A DNA stretch of 64,000 bases from a virus. The notes under the pieces were generated by a model. That model was not told the origin of the DNA. It searched no databases and worked only from the letters and a program-made list of their open reading frames with translations. Location of the stretch: IMG/VR virus record IMGVR_UViG_3300025137_000014, positions 64,001-128,000 of that record; one strand, given 5' to 3'. This document shows, one piece after another, positions 17,319 to 27,210 of the stretch. Positions within the stretch are counted from its first letter, which is position 1, and every line of letters begins with the position of its first letter. A program made the position numbers and the translations under genes.

Positions 17319-18509
17319 ATGATGGGAAGAAAATTTAGACACAATGGTTCTACGAATACAAAAATTGGTCGTGGAACTTCATTCAAGTACGACAGTGATG
17401 GTAATCTATCACAGATTACAGGCACAGTAGATACAACTACTGATGATATTATTTTTACTGGTACAAAATCAAACCTAAGACGTATAGCAGATTTAGAGCG
17501 TAACGTATCTATTCTTGCATCACAAGATAGAGGTGACGGTGGTTCATCTACTGGTAAACTATTCGGTGGTAAAGTCAAATTCAAAAATCAAATTGAAGTT
17601 GATGGAACTTTAAAAGCGGATGGTGATGTTGACGTTGCAGGTACACTAGATGTACAAGCAGGTCTAACTCTTGGTTCAACTGCACAAGAAGTTGTACAAG
17701 ACTTAATCGGTGGTATGGCTAACACAGGCCTATCATACGATGATGCAAACAATCAAATTAATGTTGATACGTCAACAATAGCGACAAAATCTTATGCAGA
17801 TACGGCGGCAACAGATGCCGCGAATGCAGTAGTGGCGGCGGCACCTGGTTCATTAGATACACTAAACGAACTAGCGGCGGCTCTTGGTGATGATGCCAAC
17901 TTTGCTACAACTACAGCTACAAACATTGCTACAAAGGCGGCCCACGCAAGAACTATTACTGCGGGCAACGGTCTTTCAGGCGGTGGTGACTTAAGTGCAG
18001 ATAGAACAATCGCAATGGACGGTTCATATACTGGTGACTTTACAGTATCAGGTGATATCACTGCTAACGGTGGTGACATGACAGCAACACGTTTCAACGG
18101 TGAAGCAACAACGGCAAAATATGCCGACCTTGCAGAACGTTATGAAGCAGATGCAGAATACGATGAAGGCACAGTAATGATGTTTGGTGGAGAAAAAGAA
18201 GTAACAGCGGCAGAAGGTCACGGTTGTGACAGACTAGCAGGTGTTGTTTCAATGAAACCAGCTTATCTAATGAACGGCGAAGCAGGTGATGATGCGTCAC
18301 ACCCAGCTATCGCACTTCAAGGTCGTGTTCCAGTTAAAACTATGGGTGCAGTCAAAAAAGGCGACATCATGGTAGCGGCTGATAACAAAGGTCATGCTAT
18401 AGCATGGAAAGAAGACCACGATCCTAAAATGACGGCATATATCGGTATCGCAATCAAAGATAAAATCGAAGAAGGCGAAGGTATGGTCGAAGTTAAAGTA
18501 GGTAAGTAA
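17319..18509 (+). CDS. Tail fibre protein with C-terminal YADLAERY chaperone-like domain
   Basis: APGSLDTLNELAAALGDDANF motif; C-terminus paralogous to 13178 ORF. Confidence 0.72.
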   Translation: MMGRKFRHNGSTNTKIGRGTSFKYDSDGNLSQITGTVDTTTDDIIFTGTKSNLRRIADLERNVSILASQDRGDGGSSTGKLFGGKVKFKNQIEVDGTLKADGDVDVAGTLDVQAGLTLGSTAQEVVQDLIGGMANTGLSYDDANNQINVDTSTIATKSYADTAATDAANAVVAAAPGSLDTLNELAAALGDDANFATTTATNIATKAAHARTITAGNGLSGGGDLSADRTIAMDGSYTGDFTVSGDITANGGDMTATRFNGEATTAKYADLAERYEADAEYDEGTVMMFGGEKEVTAAEGHGCDRLAGVVSMKPAYLMNGEAGDDASHPAIALQGRVPVKTMGAVKKGDIMVAADNKGHAIAWKEDHDPKMTAYIGIAIKDKIEEGEGMVEVKVGK

Positions 18510-18533
18510 GTAACTTAATAATTTACAATATAG

Positions 18534-18567
18534 AGAAGGTCGGCATTATAGTCGGCCTTCTTTTTTT
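18534..18567 (+). terminator. Intrinsic terminator
   Basis: AGAAGGTCGGC...GTCGGCCTTCT then T-run. Confidence 0.75.
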
Positions 18568-18582
18568 AAGGAGGAGAAAGTT

Positions 18583-18687
18583 ATGAAAAAACTAATGAAA
18601 AATAAGAAAGTATGGATTGCAGTAGCAGTTGTTATAATTGTTGCATGGTACATGTTCGGTGGTCAAGCACCAGTCGAAGCAGTGTAA
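18583..18687 (+). CDS. 34-aa single-pass membrane protein, not in ORF track
   Basis: SD AAGGAGG; MKKLMKNKKVWIAVAVVIIVAWYMFGGQAPVEAV; followed by terminator. Confidence 0.65.
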   Translation: MKKLMKNKKVWIAVAVVIIVAWYMFGGQAPVEAV

Positions 18688-18710
18688 CACAATTCAATAA
18701 TAAGATATTG

Positions 18711-18733
18711 AAGGGCGCTACGGCGCCCTTTTT
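18711..18733. terminator. Terminator between convergent genes
   Basis: AAGGGCGC-tacg-GCGCCCTT then TTT. Confidence 0.75.
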
Positions 18734-18734
18734 A

Positions 18735-19436
18735 TTAGTCTTCTCCGCAGAAGAAATTCTTAAGTGTTTGGTATAATCCCCCACCTTGAGTATTAGTGTT
18801 TTCTTCAACCCAATCAGGAAACTTTTTAAATAGTCTTTTCCATTGTAGCATTTCATTATGTAAATCTATAATTTGTTTATAGTATTCACTTTTATTTGCA
18901 AATCCAAGTTCTTCTCTTATTTGCAAAATTCTTTCTCTACATTCTTTTAAGTCTAGTATATCTCTATCAACTGCAACAATAATATCATCAAATGCTTTTT
19001 CGTCAGAAAACTTATCTATCAAAAACTTATGATGTTTATTTTTCGGTTTACCATTATAAAGAAACATAATCTCTTGTAAGTCATAATATATTGCTTTTAC
19101 AGGATTTATAGTTTCTCTATATCGTTCGGTTACCTCTTTAATCTCAAATCTTATATCATCTGTAGATAATTTTTCTAATGTTGCTAATGCAATTATATTA
19201 ATCTTTTGTCTACTGCCTGTGATTTTCTTTTGTGATGATAATCTTATCTTTTTGATTACAGTATCTATTACTATTGTAGTATCTTTATCGATATCTTTCT
19301 TGATGTATTCTATATATTCTGGAGTGGCACTGTTGACGATGGCTCGTAATTCAGCCTCGGCATTCCCGGTCTTTAGGTACTCAATACAGTCCCTAATGAA
19401 TTTTTGTTTTTTGAAATCTATTATTCCAGTTTCCAC
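18735..19436 (-). CDS. Hypothetical helical protein
   Basis: 233-aa ORF, GTG start with SD AGGGAG. Confidence 0.65.
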   Translation of the reverse strand: METGIIDFKKQKFIRDCIEYLKTGNAEAELRAIVNSATPEYIEYIKKDIDKDTTIVIDTVIKKIRLSSQKKITGSRQKINIIALATLEKLSTDDIRFEIKEVTERYRETINPVKAIYYDLQEIMFLYNGKPKNKHHKFLIDKFSDEKAFDDIIVAVDRDILDLKECRERILQIREELGFANKSEYYKQIIDLHNEMLQWKRLFKKFPDWVEENTNTQGGGLYQTLKNFFCGED

Positions 19437-19475
19437 TCTGTTCTCCCTTACAGTATTTAATAGAATCCTAAAAAG

Positions 19476-19901
19476 TTATAGTGACGATATAATTTCTCTT
19501 ATAACCTTTAATTTATTCTTTTTAAATAATGTTCTGCGAGTACCAGGGTGAAGTGGTTTTGGTAAGTAGTCATGCTCTATCCAAGCATAGCCTCCACTTT
19601 CATGATTTAGTTTAGGCATAAATTCTTTTTTTACTACTATTACAAAAGAATAATAACTAAAATCTTTATTTCGGGAATGGTATTGGTCAAGTGGATAAAT
19701 CTTATTCACATCTTTTTTAATATTGATGTTTAATTCTTCACATACTTCTCTAAGTAATGCTTGAGAAATATTCTCATTGTCTTCAACTTTTCCGCCCCAA
19801 AATCCCCAATTTCTTGGATGAGATCCGTACTTGTCCCTTTGTTGAAGAATAATTCTTTTTGTATCTTTAGCAACTATACATGCACCTGCGGCTTTTAACA
19901 T
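19476..19901 (-). CDS. NUDIX hydrolase
   Basis: Nudix box GGKVEDNENISQALLREVCEEL. Confidence 0.88.
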   Translation of the reverse strand: MLKAAGACIVAKDTKRIILQQRDKYGSHPRNWGFWGGKVEDNENISQALLREVCEELNINIKKDVNKIYPLDQYHSRNKDFSYYSFVIVVKKEFMPKLNHESGGYAWIEHDYLPKPLHPGTRRTLFKKNKLKVIREIISSL

Positions 19902-19912
19902 TTAACGATTTC

Positions 19913-21289
19913 CTACTGTAATAATTCTAATCGCCAGTATCCTGCATCATAGATTCCTTGGAATGTATCATTCCATTCACCGTCTTCAAATTTAAATTGC
20001 TGACCAGTAAAAGTATTAGAAACATATGCTCTTAAATTATAGCTATCTGCATCAAATGATTTAACCCATCCACTGCCATTATATTCAATAATATCATTTT
20101 TAGATGCATCTATTCCCCATGGTCCACTACCAGAAACATCAGTTAATGATAGATATCTTTGTCCAATTGCTGGACTTGGTATATTGTTGAAACCTGGTTT
20201 TGCGGTTGTGGCATCTATTACTCTATCTACTGCCGTAATAGTATTTGTAGGTAATGTATCTTTATCTACTGCAAATTCTAATAATTCAGGATTACCAGTT
20301 GAACTCATTGAACCTATGACATCAGCATCAAGGTTATCCATTTCACCATGATATTTTAGTCTAAGTCTTGAAATTCCATCATCAAGGGATCCGTAATTAG
20401 TTAATACTGTTTCCCATGTAACACTATCTTCATAATTTCCATTTTTTAATGGTTGACAAAAGTACTTGCCGTTTGATTCGGTTACTTTTAATGCATAGTT
20501 CTCTGGTGTTACAACTACTGTTGCAGTTTGTTTTAAATCACTAAAGAATTCAAATGCATCGGGATCATAATCTAATGTATCTAAATCTGTATATGTGTAT
20601 AAGTTGTGAATAATATTTCTTATTACATTTTGTCTTGTTACTTGTGCTGGAGGATTAATCCAAATAGGAATTTGAAAGGACAATGTAGCAATGTCAATTT
20701 GGTCTTCAATTCCTGCAGGTATTCCTCTACTACTCCACTGAATATCAGATAATTCAACAGTAGTAATAGTTGTCCAATCTACTGGATTATCATTGTGTTG
20801 AATTTCTAATGCTGGATTAAATAAAACTAAAATCTGTTCCATAAGTTGCAACTTTTGGTCTGTGTTACTAGTCCAAACATCTACTTGCATGTTAAGAAGA
20901 TAAGGAACAGGCATAAGTCGTTTAACATTAAATCTATTTCCTTCTTCATTTACATACTTACTTGTCACCTCATCAAATTTTCTTTCGGTAACTGCAACTG
21001 CATCGTTAAAAAATGGCTCTTGTACTCTTGCTCTATCAGGCTGTAGACTTTGTATCCAACAACCAATAAATGGTGCAGAGTTTACAATGTTTTCAGAATT
21101 ACCTTTCATGATAGCCGCGGCCATACGTGATATATCGCCGTAACGTGCTGGTACACGAATATAATAATCAGTTGTACCGTCTTTCATTTTCTTACCTGTT
21201 TTTACACTGAACCCACTGAATATTCTAATAAACTGTAGAATATATCTTCTTATTTGTTCATCGTAAAAGTGATGTTGCTTTATTGCCAT
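19913..21289 (-). CDS. gp15: Tail sheath stabiliser / tail completion protein with C-terminal extension
   Basis: FYDEQIRRYILQF, PVPY.L...V...T.N.DQ.LQ..EQIL..FNP motifs. Confidence 0.8.
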   Translation of the reverse strand: MAIKQHHFYDEQIRRYILQFIRIFSGFSVKTGKKMKDGTTDYYIRVPARYGDISRMAAAIMKGNSENIVNSAPFIGCWIQSLQPDRARVQEPFFNDAVAVTERKFDEVTSKYVNEEGNRFNVKRLMPVPYLLNMQVDVWTSNTDQKLQLMEQILVLFNPALEIQHNDNPVDWTTITTVELSDIQWSSRGIPAGIEDQIDIATLSFQIPIWINPPAQVTRQNVIRNIIHNLYTYTDLDTLDYDPDAFEFFSDLKQTATVVVTPENYALKVTESNGKYFCQPLKNGNYEDSVTWETVLTNYGSLDDGISRLRLKYHGEMDNLDADVIGSMSSTGNPELLEFAVDKDTLPTNTITAVDRVIDATTAKPGFNNIPSPAIGQRYLSLTDVSGSGPWGIDASKNDIIEYNGSGWVKSFDADSYNLRAYVSNTFTGQQFKFEDGEWNDTFQGIYDAGYWRLELLQ

Positions 21290-21290
21290 T

Positions 21291-22286
21291 TTAATCTACC
21301 TTTGGTTTAACTGCTTTGGATAAGTTAACCTTTCCTGCAACAGTAGTACCGTCTTCAAGTTTAACAACACCGTCATTGTTGATAAATTTATGATGTAAAT
21401 GATTACCAACTTCCCAACCACCATCACTATCTTCAATTTTATACCACTTAATTCCTTGATATTGAAATAATCTGTTAGGATTATAATCAGTTCTTAAGAA
21501 GTAAGAATTGTCTGCTGGATTGCTAGGAAATCTTGTACCACTTGCAACGGTTGCCATATCTACATCTTTAGGATGTTCTCCTTCAGGTACATATTGCAAG
21601 TTGTTAGTTCTATAATCCCAGTATTTTCCGGGAACATTTTCTTGTGCTTCTTCAATGATAGCATCATTGATTTGAAGTTCTTTATTATAAGTAGACAATA
21701 TATTTTTTAAATCGTCTGCTTCTTCGCCTGTTCCAAGAATATCTGAGTACTCTTGTGTATCTTGTAATTGCTTACAACGAACACGCCAGATATGTGGCCA
21801 CCAACCTGGGTCAAAGCCTTCTGCGGCCTTTGATGCATCTTGCACTACCCAATATTGATTGACTGCTGGTGCGTCCTCGTCAAGTAACAAATCTTCTCTC
21901 ATATGTGGAAGTTCAATAACATCTCCTGTCATTAATTTTCTTCCCATTTTTTCTACCATGTCGTTTATGGCCATTGTGAATACAATTTGGTCATTGCCTA
22001 AAAACATTCCAAACTGAGATAAGTCCATATCTTGGTCTGAAACTGTATAAACACCACGTAAGTCATAGATGCTATCATCATACTTTCTATCACGATTCTC
22101 CATAAACAACAAATCTTGTATTGCTGGTTTGGTAGGATCATAGCTAGGATCAGTTGTATCTTGTGAACCTAAATATTTGTGAACAAGTAGCGAAGTGCCT
22201 CCATGTTCGAAGTGCGCCTTCACCATCTTATCGATGAATTTATAATCATTTCCCTTACGAGGGTTCCATAAACTTAATCTTGGCAT
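21291..22286 (-). CDS. gp14: Neck protein
   Basis: SQFGMF...D...F, MTGDVIELPH motifs; late promoter at 22312-22319. Confidence 0.72.
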   Translation of the reverse strand: MPRLSLWNPRKGNDYKFIDKMVKAHFEHGGTSLLVHKYLGSQDTTDPSYDPTKPAIQDLLFMENRDRKYDDSIYDLRGVYTVSDQDMDLSQFGMFLGNDQIVFTMAINDMVEKMGRKLMTGDVIELPHMREDLLLDEDAPAVNQYWVVQDASKAAEGFDPGWWPHIWRVRCKQLQDTQEYSDILGTGEEADDLKNILSTYNKELQINDAIIEEAQENVPGKYWDYRTNNLQYVPEGEHPKDVDMATVASGTRFPSNPADNSYFLRTDYNPNRLFQYQGIKWYKIEDSDGGWEVGNHLHHKFINNDGVVKLEDGTTVAGKVNLSKAVKPKVD

Positions 22287-22297
22287 ATTTTTTTTCC

Positions 22298-22326
22298 TTG
22301 ACTTCTAACTGTATTTATCATATAAT
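22298..22326. promoter_or_regulatory. Nested divergent promoters: sigma70 (+) with late GATAAATA (-) inside its spacer
   Basis: TTGACT 22298-22303, N17, TATAAT 22321-22326; minus-strand GATAAATA 22319-22312. Confidence 0.75.
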
Positions 22327-22351
22327 GAAAGTATCTTGAAGGAGTAAGTAC

Positions 22352-23038
22352 ATGGATAGTACAGGATATCTTATTACACGTGACTATTTACCTAGAATAG
22401 CAATAGAACAGTTTAGATTGTGGGCGATGAACCCTAATAATGCTCATAGAGGCAACGGGTCAGACGGAATTTATTACGACAAACATGACGGAACACGAAC
22501 ATATGATGTTTGGTGGACAACTTCACCACCTAGAGAAATGTGGTTACCAGTAGTTATACCACTAAAAAAGCATATTAATACATTATTTGAATCTGACCAA
22601 TGGGATATTCATGCAGTTGATTGTATTACTACTGCACCTAATACAAGTAAAGTCTATGCACATATTGATACCCCTTATCGATTCGAAAAATATGCTAAAG
22701 TAGATGCTACATTGGGTGTACAGATAATTATACCTCTTAATGATTTCACTTTAGAGAATGGTGGCACTGCATATCTTCCAGGTTCACACTTAGAAAAATT
22801 ATATTATAAAGATATTGAAGATAATCAAGAGCATTATAATGATAGAATAGTTAATGAAGGTCATCAATTTTTAGCAAAAGCAGGTGACGTATTAATGTAT
22901 GATGGACGAACATTGCATAGCACAATGCCTAATAATTCTAACTTATATAGAAGTGCCTTGCTTATAAATGCATTACGCAATGATGTACTCAGTGATGCTA
23001 TTTTGTTAGATAATAACACAGATAACCTTAAAACTTGA
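22352..23038 (+). CDS. Phytanoyl-CoA dioxygenase-family 2OG-Fe(II) enzyme
   Basis: HID, FTLENGGT..LPGSH, AGDVLMYDGRTLHS, NxS...R motifs. Confidence 0.85.
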   Translation: MDSTGYLITRDYLPRIAIEQFRLWAMNPNNAHRGNGSDGIYYDKHDGTRTYDVWWTTSPPREMWLPVVIPLKKHINTLFESDQWDIHAVDCITTAPNTSKVYAHIDTPYRFEKYAKVDATLGVQIIIPLNDFTLENGGTAYLPGSHLEKLYYKDIEDNQEHYNDRIVNEGHQFLAKAGDVLMYDGRTLHSTMPNNSNLYRSALLINALRNDVLSDAILLDNNTDNLKT

Positions 23039-23109
23039 CAAAAAAGCCTATTTGTAGTTAAATAGAAACTATAATAAATTGATTCGAATTTTCCAGGAGC
23101 GAGAAATAA

Positions 23110-24384
23110 ATGGCATTGGCGAAAAAAAGAAAAGTAGTTAAGAGATCCCCATCCAGACGTGGAGCAAAACTGGCTTCTCCAAAGTGGGATGATTGGGAAA
23201 CTTTATCCGGAGCAGAATATCATCGTAAGAAAGAAGCCGCACGTGCTTTCTATTATGAAAACTATCAAGCAAAAGATATGTATGCATTTGTATTCTCTTG
23301 GATGGCCAAGAATGGTTATACAAATGAAGATATCAAATTAGCTAAACTTCCATCTGAACATATGATAAGCATTACATGTGCAATATGTTGCAGATTGTTA
23401 TTAGATGGTATGCCAGATTTCAATCAAAAAGAAGATGATTATTGGCAAACGCTTCCAGGTACTGGTGGTCATATAACGCCTCTTACTGACTTTATCAAGA
23501 AACGTATATCAGAAACAATAGCATCTGGTAAAAAAATTAATGTAGAGAAAATAGAAATACAGGAAGAGGAAGCTAAGAAGAACTTTCATCGTCCTTCTAT
23601 TCAAGAACTTCTACGTTTAAAAGCAATATCTATGACAGATGAATTAGAAGAATTTATTGATACATTTGATATGAATATAAACTCATTAAAAACATTTAAA
23701 CCTATCAACATATTACGTAAGCAAGAAGCAAAGGCAAATCATGCAAAAGTTATCAAAGAATATTACGTTGCAAACTATAATGAATACGATGAACTAATTA
23801 ATCCTCCTTCAACAAAAGGTATGGACGAAAAAGAGTTAGATTATCATAATCAGTTGATAGAAGGGTACAATCATTTAGATAAGTCTGAAATTAAAGCAAT
23901 GTATGAATTGTACAAGGGTATTGTACAGGCTTGTGATATACTGATTGCTAATGCAAAATTTGACCGAAAGCCTCGTAAACGTAAGCCTATTAGTGCAGAA
24001 AAATTAGTAGCTAAAATGAAGTTCTGTAAAGAACATGTAGATACTGGATTAGTTAGTATTAATCCTATCGAAATAATTGGTAGCAACATATTACTTATAT
24101 ACAACACAAAGTCCCGTAAAGTTGGGGTATATCATACAAGTAATGTAGATCCAATGAACCAAAAACGTGATGGAAGCGGGTTAACAGTCAAAGGTACTAC
24201 ACTGCTACGTTTTAATGAAGAAACAAGCATACAGAAGACGCTACGTAAGCCTCAAGAGCAATTAAAGATATTCAAAGACATTAACAAAAGGTCTCTCAAT
24301 AAACAGTTAGAAGCAGTAAAGAGTGTTCCAACTAAAATGAATGGTAGAATTAACGAACATACACTGCTACTTAAGGTATTTTGA
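23110..24384 (+). CDS. Hypothetical basic protein, 424 aa
   Basis: Long ORF with SD; no motif recognised. Confidence 0.75.
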   Translation: MALAKKRKVVKRSPSRRGAKLASPKWDDWETLSGAEYHRKKEAARAFYYENYQAKDMYAFVFSWMAKNGYTNEDIKLAKLPSEHMISITCAICCRLLLDGMPDFNQKEDDYWQTLPGTGGHITPLTDFIKKRISETIASGKKINVEKIEIQEEEAKKNFHRPSIQELLRLKAISMTDELEEFIDTFDMNINSLKTFKPINILRKQEAKANHAKVIKEYYVANYNEYDELINPPSTKGMDEKELDYHNQLIEGYNHLDKSEIKAMYELYKGIVQACDILIANAKFDRKPRKRKPISAEKLVAKMKFCKEHVDTGLVSINPIEIIGSNILLIYNTKSRKVGVYHTSNVDPMNQKRDGSGLTVKGTTLLRFNEETSIQKTLRKPQEQLKIFKDINKRSLNKQLEAVKSVPTKMNGRINEHTLLLKVF

Positions 24385-24451
24385 TAAATAGTATGTAGAT
24401 ACTGACGAGTATACTAAATTAATTATTAATTTATATCCCGGGAGAGATAGA

Positions 24452-24940
24452 ATGGCAAACAAAAAAAGACACTATTTTGCGGAAGTTAACATTCCTGATT
24501 CCGTAATTACGGCACAGGGTGGCGCAGAAGTTCCTGGCACTAAGATGATTCAAAATCTTTTAGATGCTTACATAACTGAATCTAATAGTAAATATGCAAA
24601 ATCTTTAAAAGATTTTATATACGAAACAGCAAAACCATATGGTTGGCATTCATCAGATGCTAATAAATGTGCATACGGTATTACGTTTATCAATAGCAGA
24701 CATTGGGCCAACTATTCGGCTTATACTGCACCATTCAGACAGTGGTTAAATGATACACATGGTGTAACATATACATACGAAGTAAAAACAGACGTACCAT
24801 ATGAAATTGCGGATGCAGGCGTTTCAGGCGCAGGCGAACCAGTAAAAGATGATGATGGGTTTAATCACACATATGCAACTGCTACGGAACAAGAAATATT
24901 ATCAAATATTCCTACAGACCGTGGTTATGCTATAGCATAA
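24452..24940 (+). CDS. Hypothetical late protein
   Basis: GATAAATA at 24383-24390; terminator 24959-24988. Confidence 0.65.
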   Translation: MANKKRHYFAEVNIPDSVITAQGGAEVPGTKMIQNLLDAYITESNSKYAKSLKDFIYETAKPYGWHSSDANKCAYGITFINSRHWANYSAYTAPFRQWLNDTHGVTYTYEVKTDVPYEIADAGVSGAGEPVKDDDGFNHTYATATEQEILSNIPTDRGYAIA

Positions 24941-24958
24941 TACCTAAAATTTTAACAA

Positions 24959-24988
24959 AAAGAGCCCATTCTTGAGTGGGCTTTTTTT
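24959..24988 (+). terminator. Intrinsic terminator
   Basis: AGAGCCCATTC-tt-GAGTGGGCT then T-run. Confidence 0.8.
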
Positions 24989-25035
24989 ATATCTCCAGTA
25001 AATGATAAATACTGTATATAGTTGGAGTATTATCA

Positions 25036-25785
25036 ATGGCTAAAAACATAAAAATTAGAAATAATGTAATCAAAGAAGTGCGTCTATTATTGGGCGACGG
25101 AATGATTGATATAGAATTAGATCCGGATCATTATGATTTAGCGGTAGATGTTGCTCTATCAAAGATAAGACAAAGGTCTGAAAACGCAGTAGAAGAAGAT
25201 TTCTATTCAATAGAATTAAAAAAAGATGTAGATGAATATACTCTTCCAGCAGAGATTACAGAAGTCAAACAAGTTTGGCATCGTTCATTTGGGCATGGTA
25301 TCTCAGGCGGCGTTGACATGGATCCATTTGAATTAGCTTATGCTAACTCATATTTTTTCTTAAACAACCACATTGGTGGTATCGCAACTTTTGATGCATT
25401 TGCACAATATCGTGAGGCATTAAACAGGGTAGCGGCAACTGATATCCAATTCATTTGGAATCCAAGTACAAAAAAATTAAAACTACTACGAAGAATGAGA
25501 GCCGATGAAATGGTTCTAATTCATGTTCATTTAGAACGACCAGAAGAACAACTACTTGATGACCCATATCTTAAATCATGGATGAGAGATTACACTTTAG
25601 CATATTGTAAAAAGATGCTAGGTGAAGCAAGAAGTAAATTCTCATCATTACCTGGCGCTCAAGGCGGAGTATCATTGAATGGTGCAGAAATGAAAAACGA
25701 AGCAGATGTTTTAATTGACAAGTTGGAAAGTGAACTAACAACGTATGTTGATGGCTCTGCTCCGCTTGGATTTGTAATTGGATAA
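25036..25785 (+). CDS. gp13: Neck protein
   Basis: LG...I.IEL, W.RDYTLA..K..LG..RSKF...PG..GGV.LNG motifs. Confidence 0.85.
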   Translation: MAKNIKIRNNVIKEVRLLLGDGMIDIELDPDHYDLAVDVALSKIRQRSENAVEEDFYSIELKKDVDEYTLPAEITEVKQVWHRSFGHGISGGVDMDPFELAYANSYFFLNNHIGGIATFDAFAQYREALNRVAATDIQFIWNPSTKKLKLLRRMRADEMVLIHVHLERPEEQLLDDPYLKSWMRDYTLAYCKKMLGEARSKFSSLPGAQGGVSLNGAEMKNEADVLIDKLESELTTYVDGSAPLGFVIG

Positions 25786-26902
25786 CTTACCCAATACTGC
25801 TTGTTCATTATTATGGTCTCATGCTAGACTTAAAGTAGACGGTACTGTATTGCCTTGTTGTTTTGTAGAAGAAAACAATATTCCAAATTTACACGAAGCC
25901 CCAAAATTATCAAATGGATTGAACAACGCATTCAATTCTAAATTCTTTGACGATATAAGAAACGAAATGTTGAAAGGTAAAAAACTTTCAATGTGTGATA
26001 AATGTTGGAAGGCAGAAGATAATGGGATTGAATCATTTAGACAACAATATAATCATTACAATAAATTCATAGGACAAGAACCAAAGATAAGATATATTGA
26101 AACTGCTTTATCCACACATTGTAATTTATCATGTAGAATGTGCAATGATACATTTAGTAGTAAATGGAAATTAATAAAAAATCCTGGAATGTCAGTTGAT
26201 GTTTCAGTTGATTCATTTGATTTAGAATACTATGATGCTGATTTATCTAAATTAGATTTTGTTAAGTTTGTAGGTGGTGAGCCACTGATAGATAAGAAAC
26301 ATGCAAATTTTTTAAATCAAATTATAAACAAATCAGACAATCCAAATAACGTAAAACTATTTTATAATACTAACGGTACAATAATACCAAAGCAAGAAAT
26401 ATTTGATGCATGGTCTAAATTAAAAGAAGTAGAAGTTGTCTTTAGTATTGATGCTATAGGCGAAGCAAACGAGATACTAAGACCCCCACACTCATGGGAT
26501 ACTGTTCAGAGCGCCATAAATCACTTTACAGAGCATAAATCAGATAATATGAAGTTGGGTATGCATACTGTGATAAACGTCTTTAACATACACCTATTAA
26601 AGGATATAGTAGAGTTTTCATACGGTTCTTTTGGGAAGATGCCTTATTTTGATATATTAGATTATCCAGAACATATGTCTTTAAAAAATTTAGAAAGTAG
26701 TTTAAAGATTAAACTAATTAACGTACTAAAACATGCATTCGAAGGACAAGAAGAATTACAATTTTTACTAGAATTTATAAGTCAACCAACAACTCACTCA
26801 TACACTCTTGACCAGATTATATCTAAAGAAAAAGAAAACGACAATAAGGTAAATACAATGATAGAAAAATTAGGAACAAGAGAAATATGGAATTCTTTTT
26901 AA
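25778..26902 (+). CDS. Radical SAM protein with N-terminal SPASM/twitch domain
   Basis: CSLLW...DGTVLPCC...CDKC; CNLSCRMC; GGEP. Confidence 0.88.
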   Translation: MDNLPNTACSLLWSHARLKVDGTVLPCCFVEENNIPNLHEAPKLSNGLNNAFNSKFFDDIRNEMLKGKKLSMCDKCWKAEDNGIESFRQQYNHYNKFIGQEPKIRYIETALSTHCNLSCRMCNDTFSSKWKLIKNPGMSVDVSVDSFDLEYYDADLSKLDFVKFVGGEPLIDKKHANFLNQIINKSDNPNNVKLFYNTNGTIIPKQEIFDAWSKLKEVEVVFSIDAIGEANEILRPPHSWDTVQSAINHFTEHKSDNMKLGMHTVINVFNIHLLKDIVEFSYGSFGKMPYFDILDYPEHMSLKNLESSLKIKLINVLKHAFEGQEELQFLLEFISQPTTHSYTLDQIISKEKENDNKVNTMIEKLGTREIWNSF

Positions 26903-27210
26903 AAGCATTAATATCAGGAATAGTAATAGCAACAGTCAGTATGATGGCACAGCGAAGTATAACTTTAGCGGCATTACTGATGGGTATACCTTTCACTGCC
27001 TTTATTGCAATGATTTTTATGTGGTACTCAGGCATTGAGGCCGAAGCGTTTTCGAAGTTTAGTTTCGAAACTATATATTTTGTCTTGACAAGTCTCGTTT
27101 TTTTTGTTATATTTGGGTTACTAGTTACAAAGATAGGATTTTGGTTTAGTGTTATAGCCGGTTTATCTGTAACGATAATACTGTATAACATTATTTTGAG
27201 GATTATATGA
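26887..27210 (+). CDS. Four-helix membrane protein (DUF3147/GlpM-like)
   Basis: KALISG.VIA.VS...R...LAALL.GIP pattern. Confidence 0.55.
   Translation: MEFFLKALISGIVIATVSMMAQRSITLAALLMGIPFTAFIAMIFMWYSGIEAEAFSKFSFETIYFVLTSLVFFVIFGLLVTKIGFWFSVIAGLSVTIILYNIILRII

Noticed and set aside
15031-18509. Diversity-generating retroelement suggested by the Mtd-N-like fibre N-terminus
   Set aside because: No reverse transcriptase in window; paralogous C-termini differ at synonymous positions, not only at adenines, and no TR/VR pair was seen
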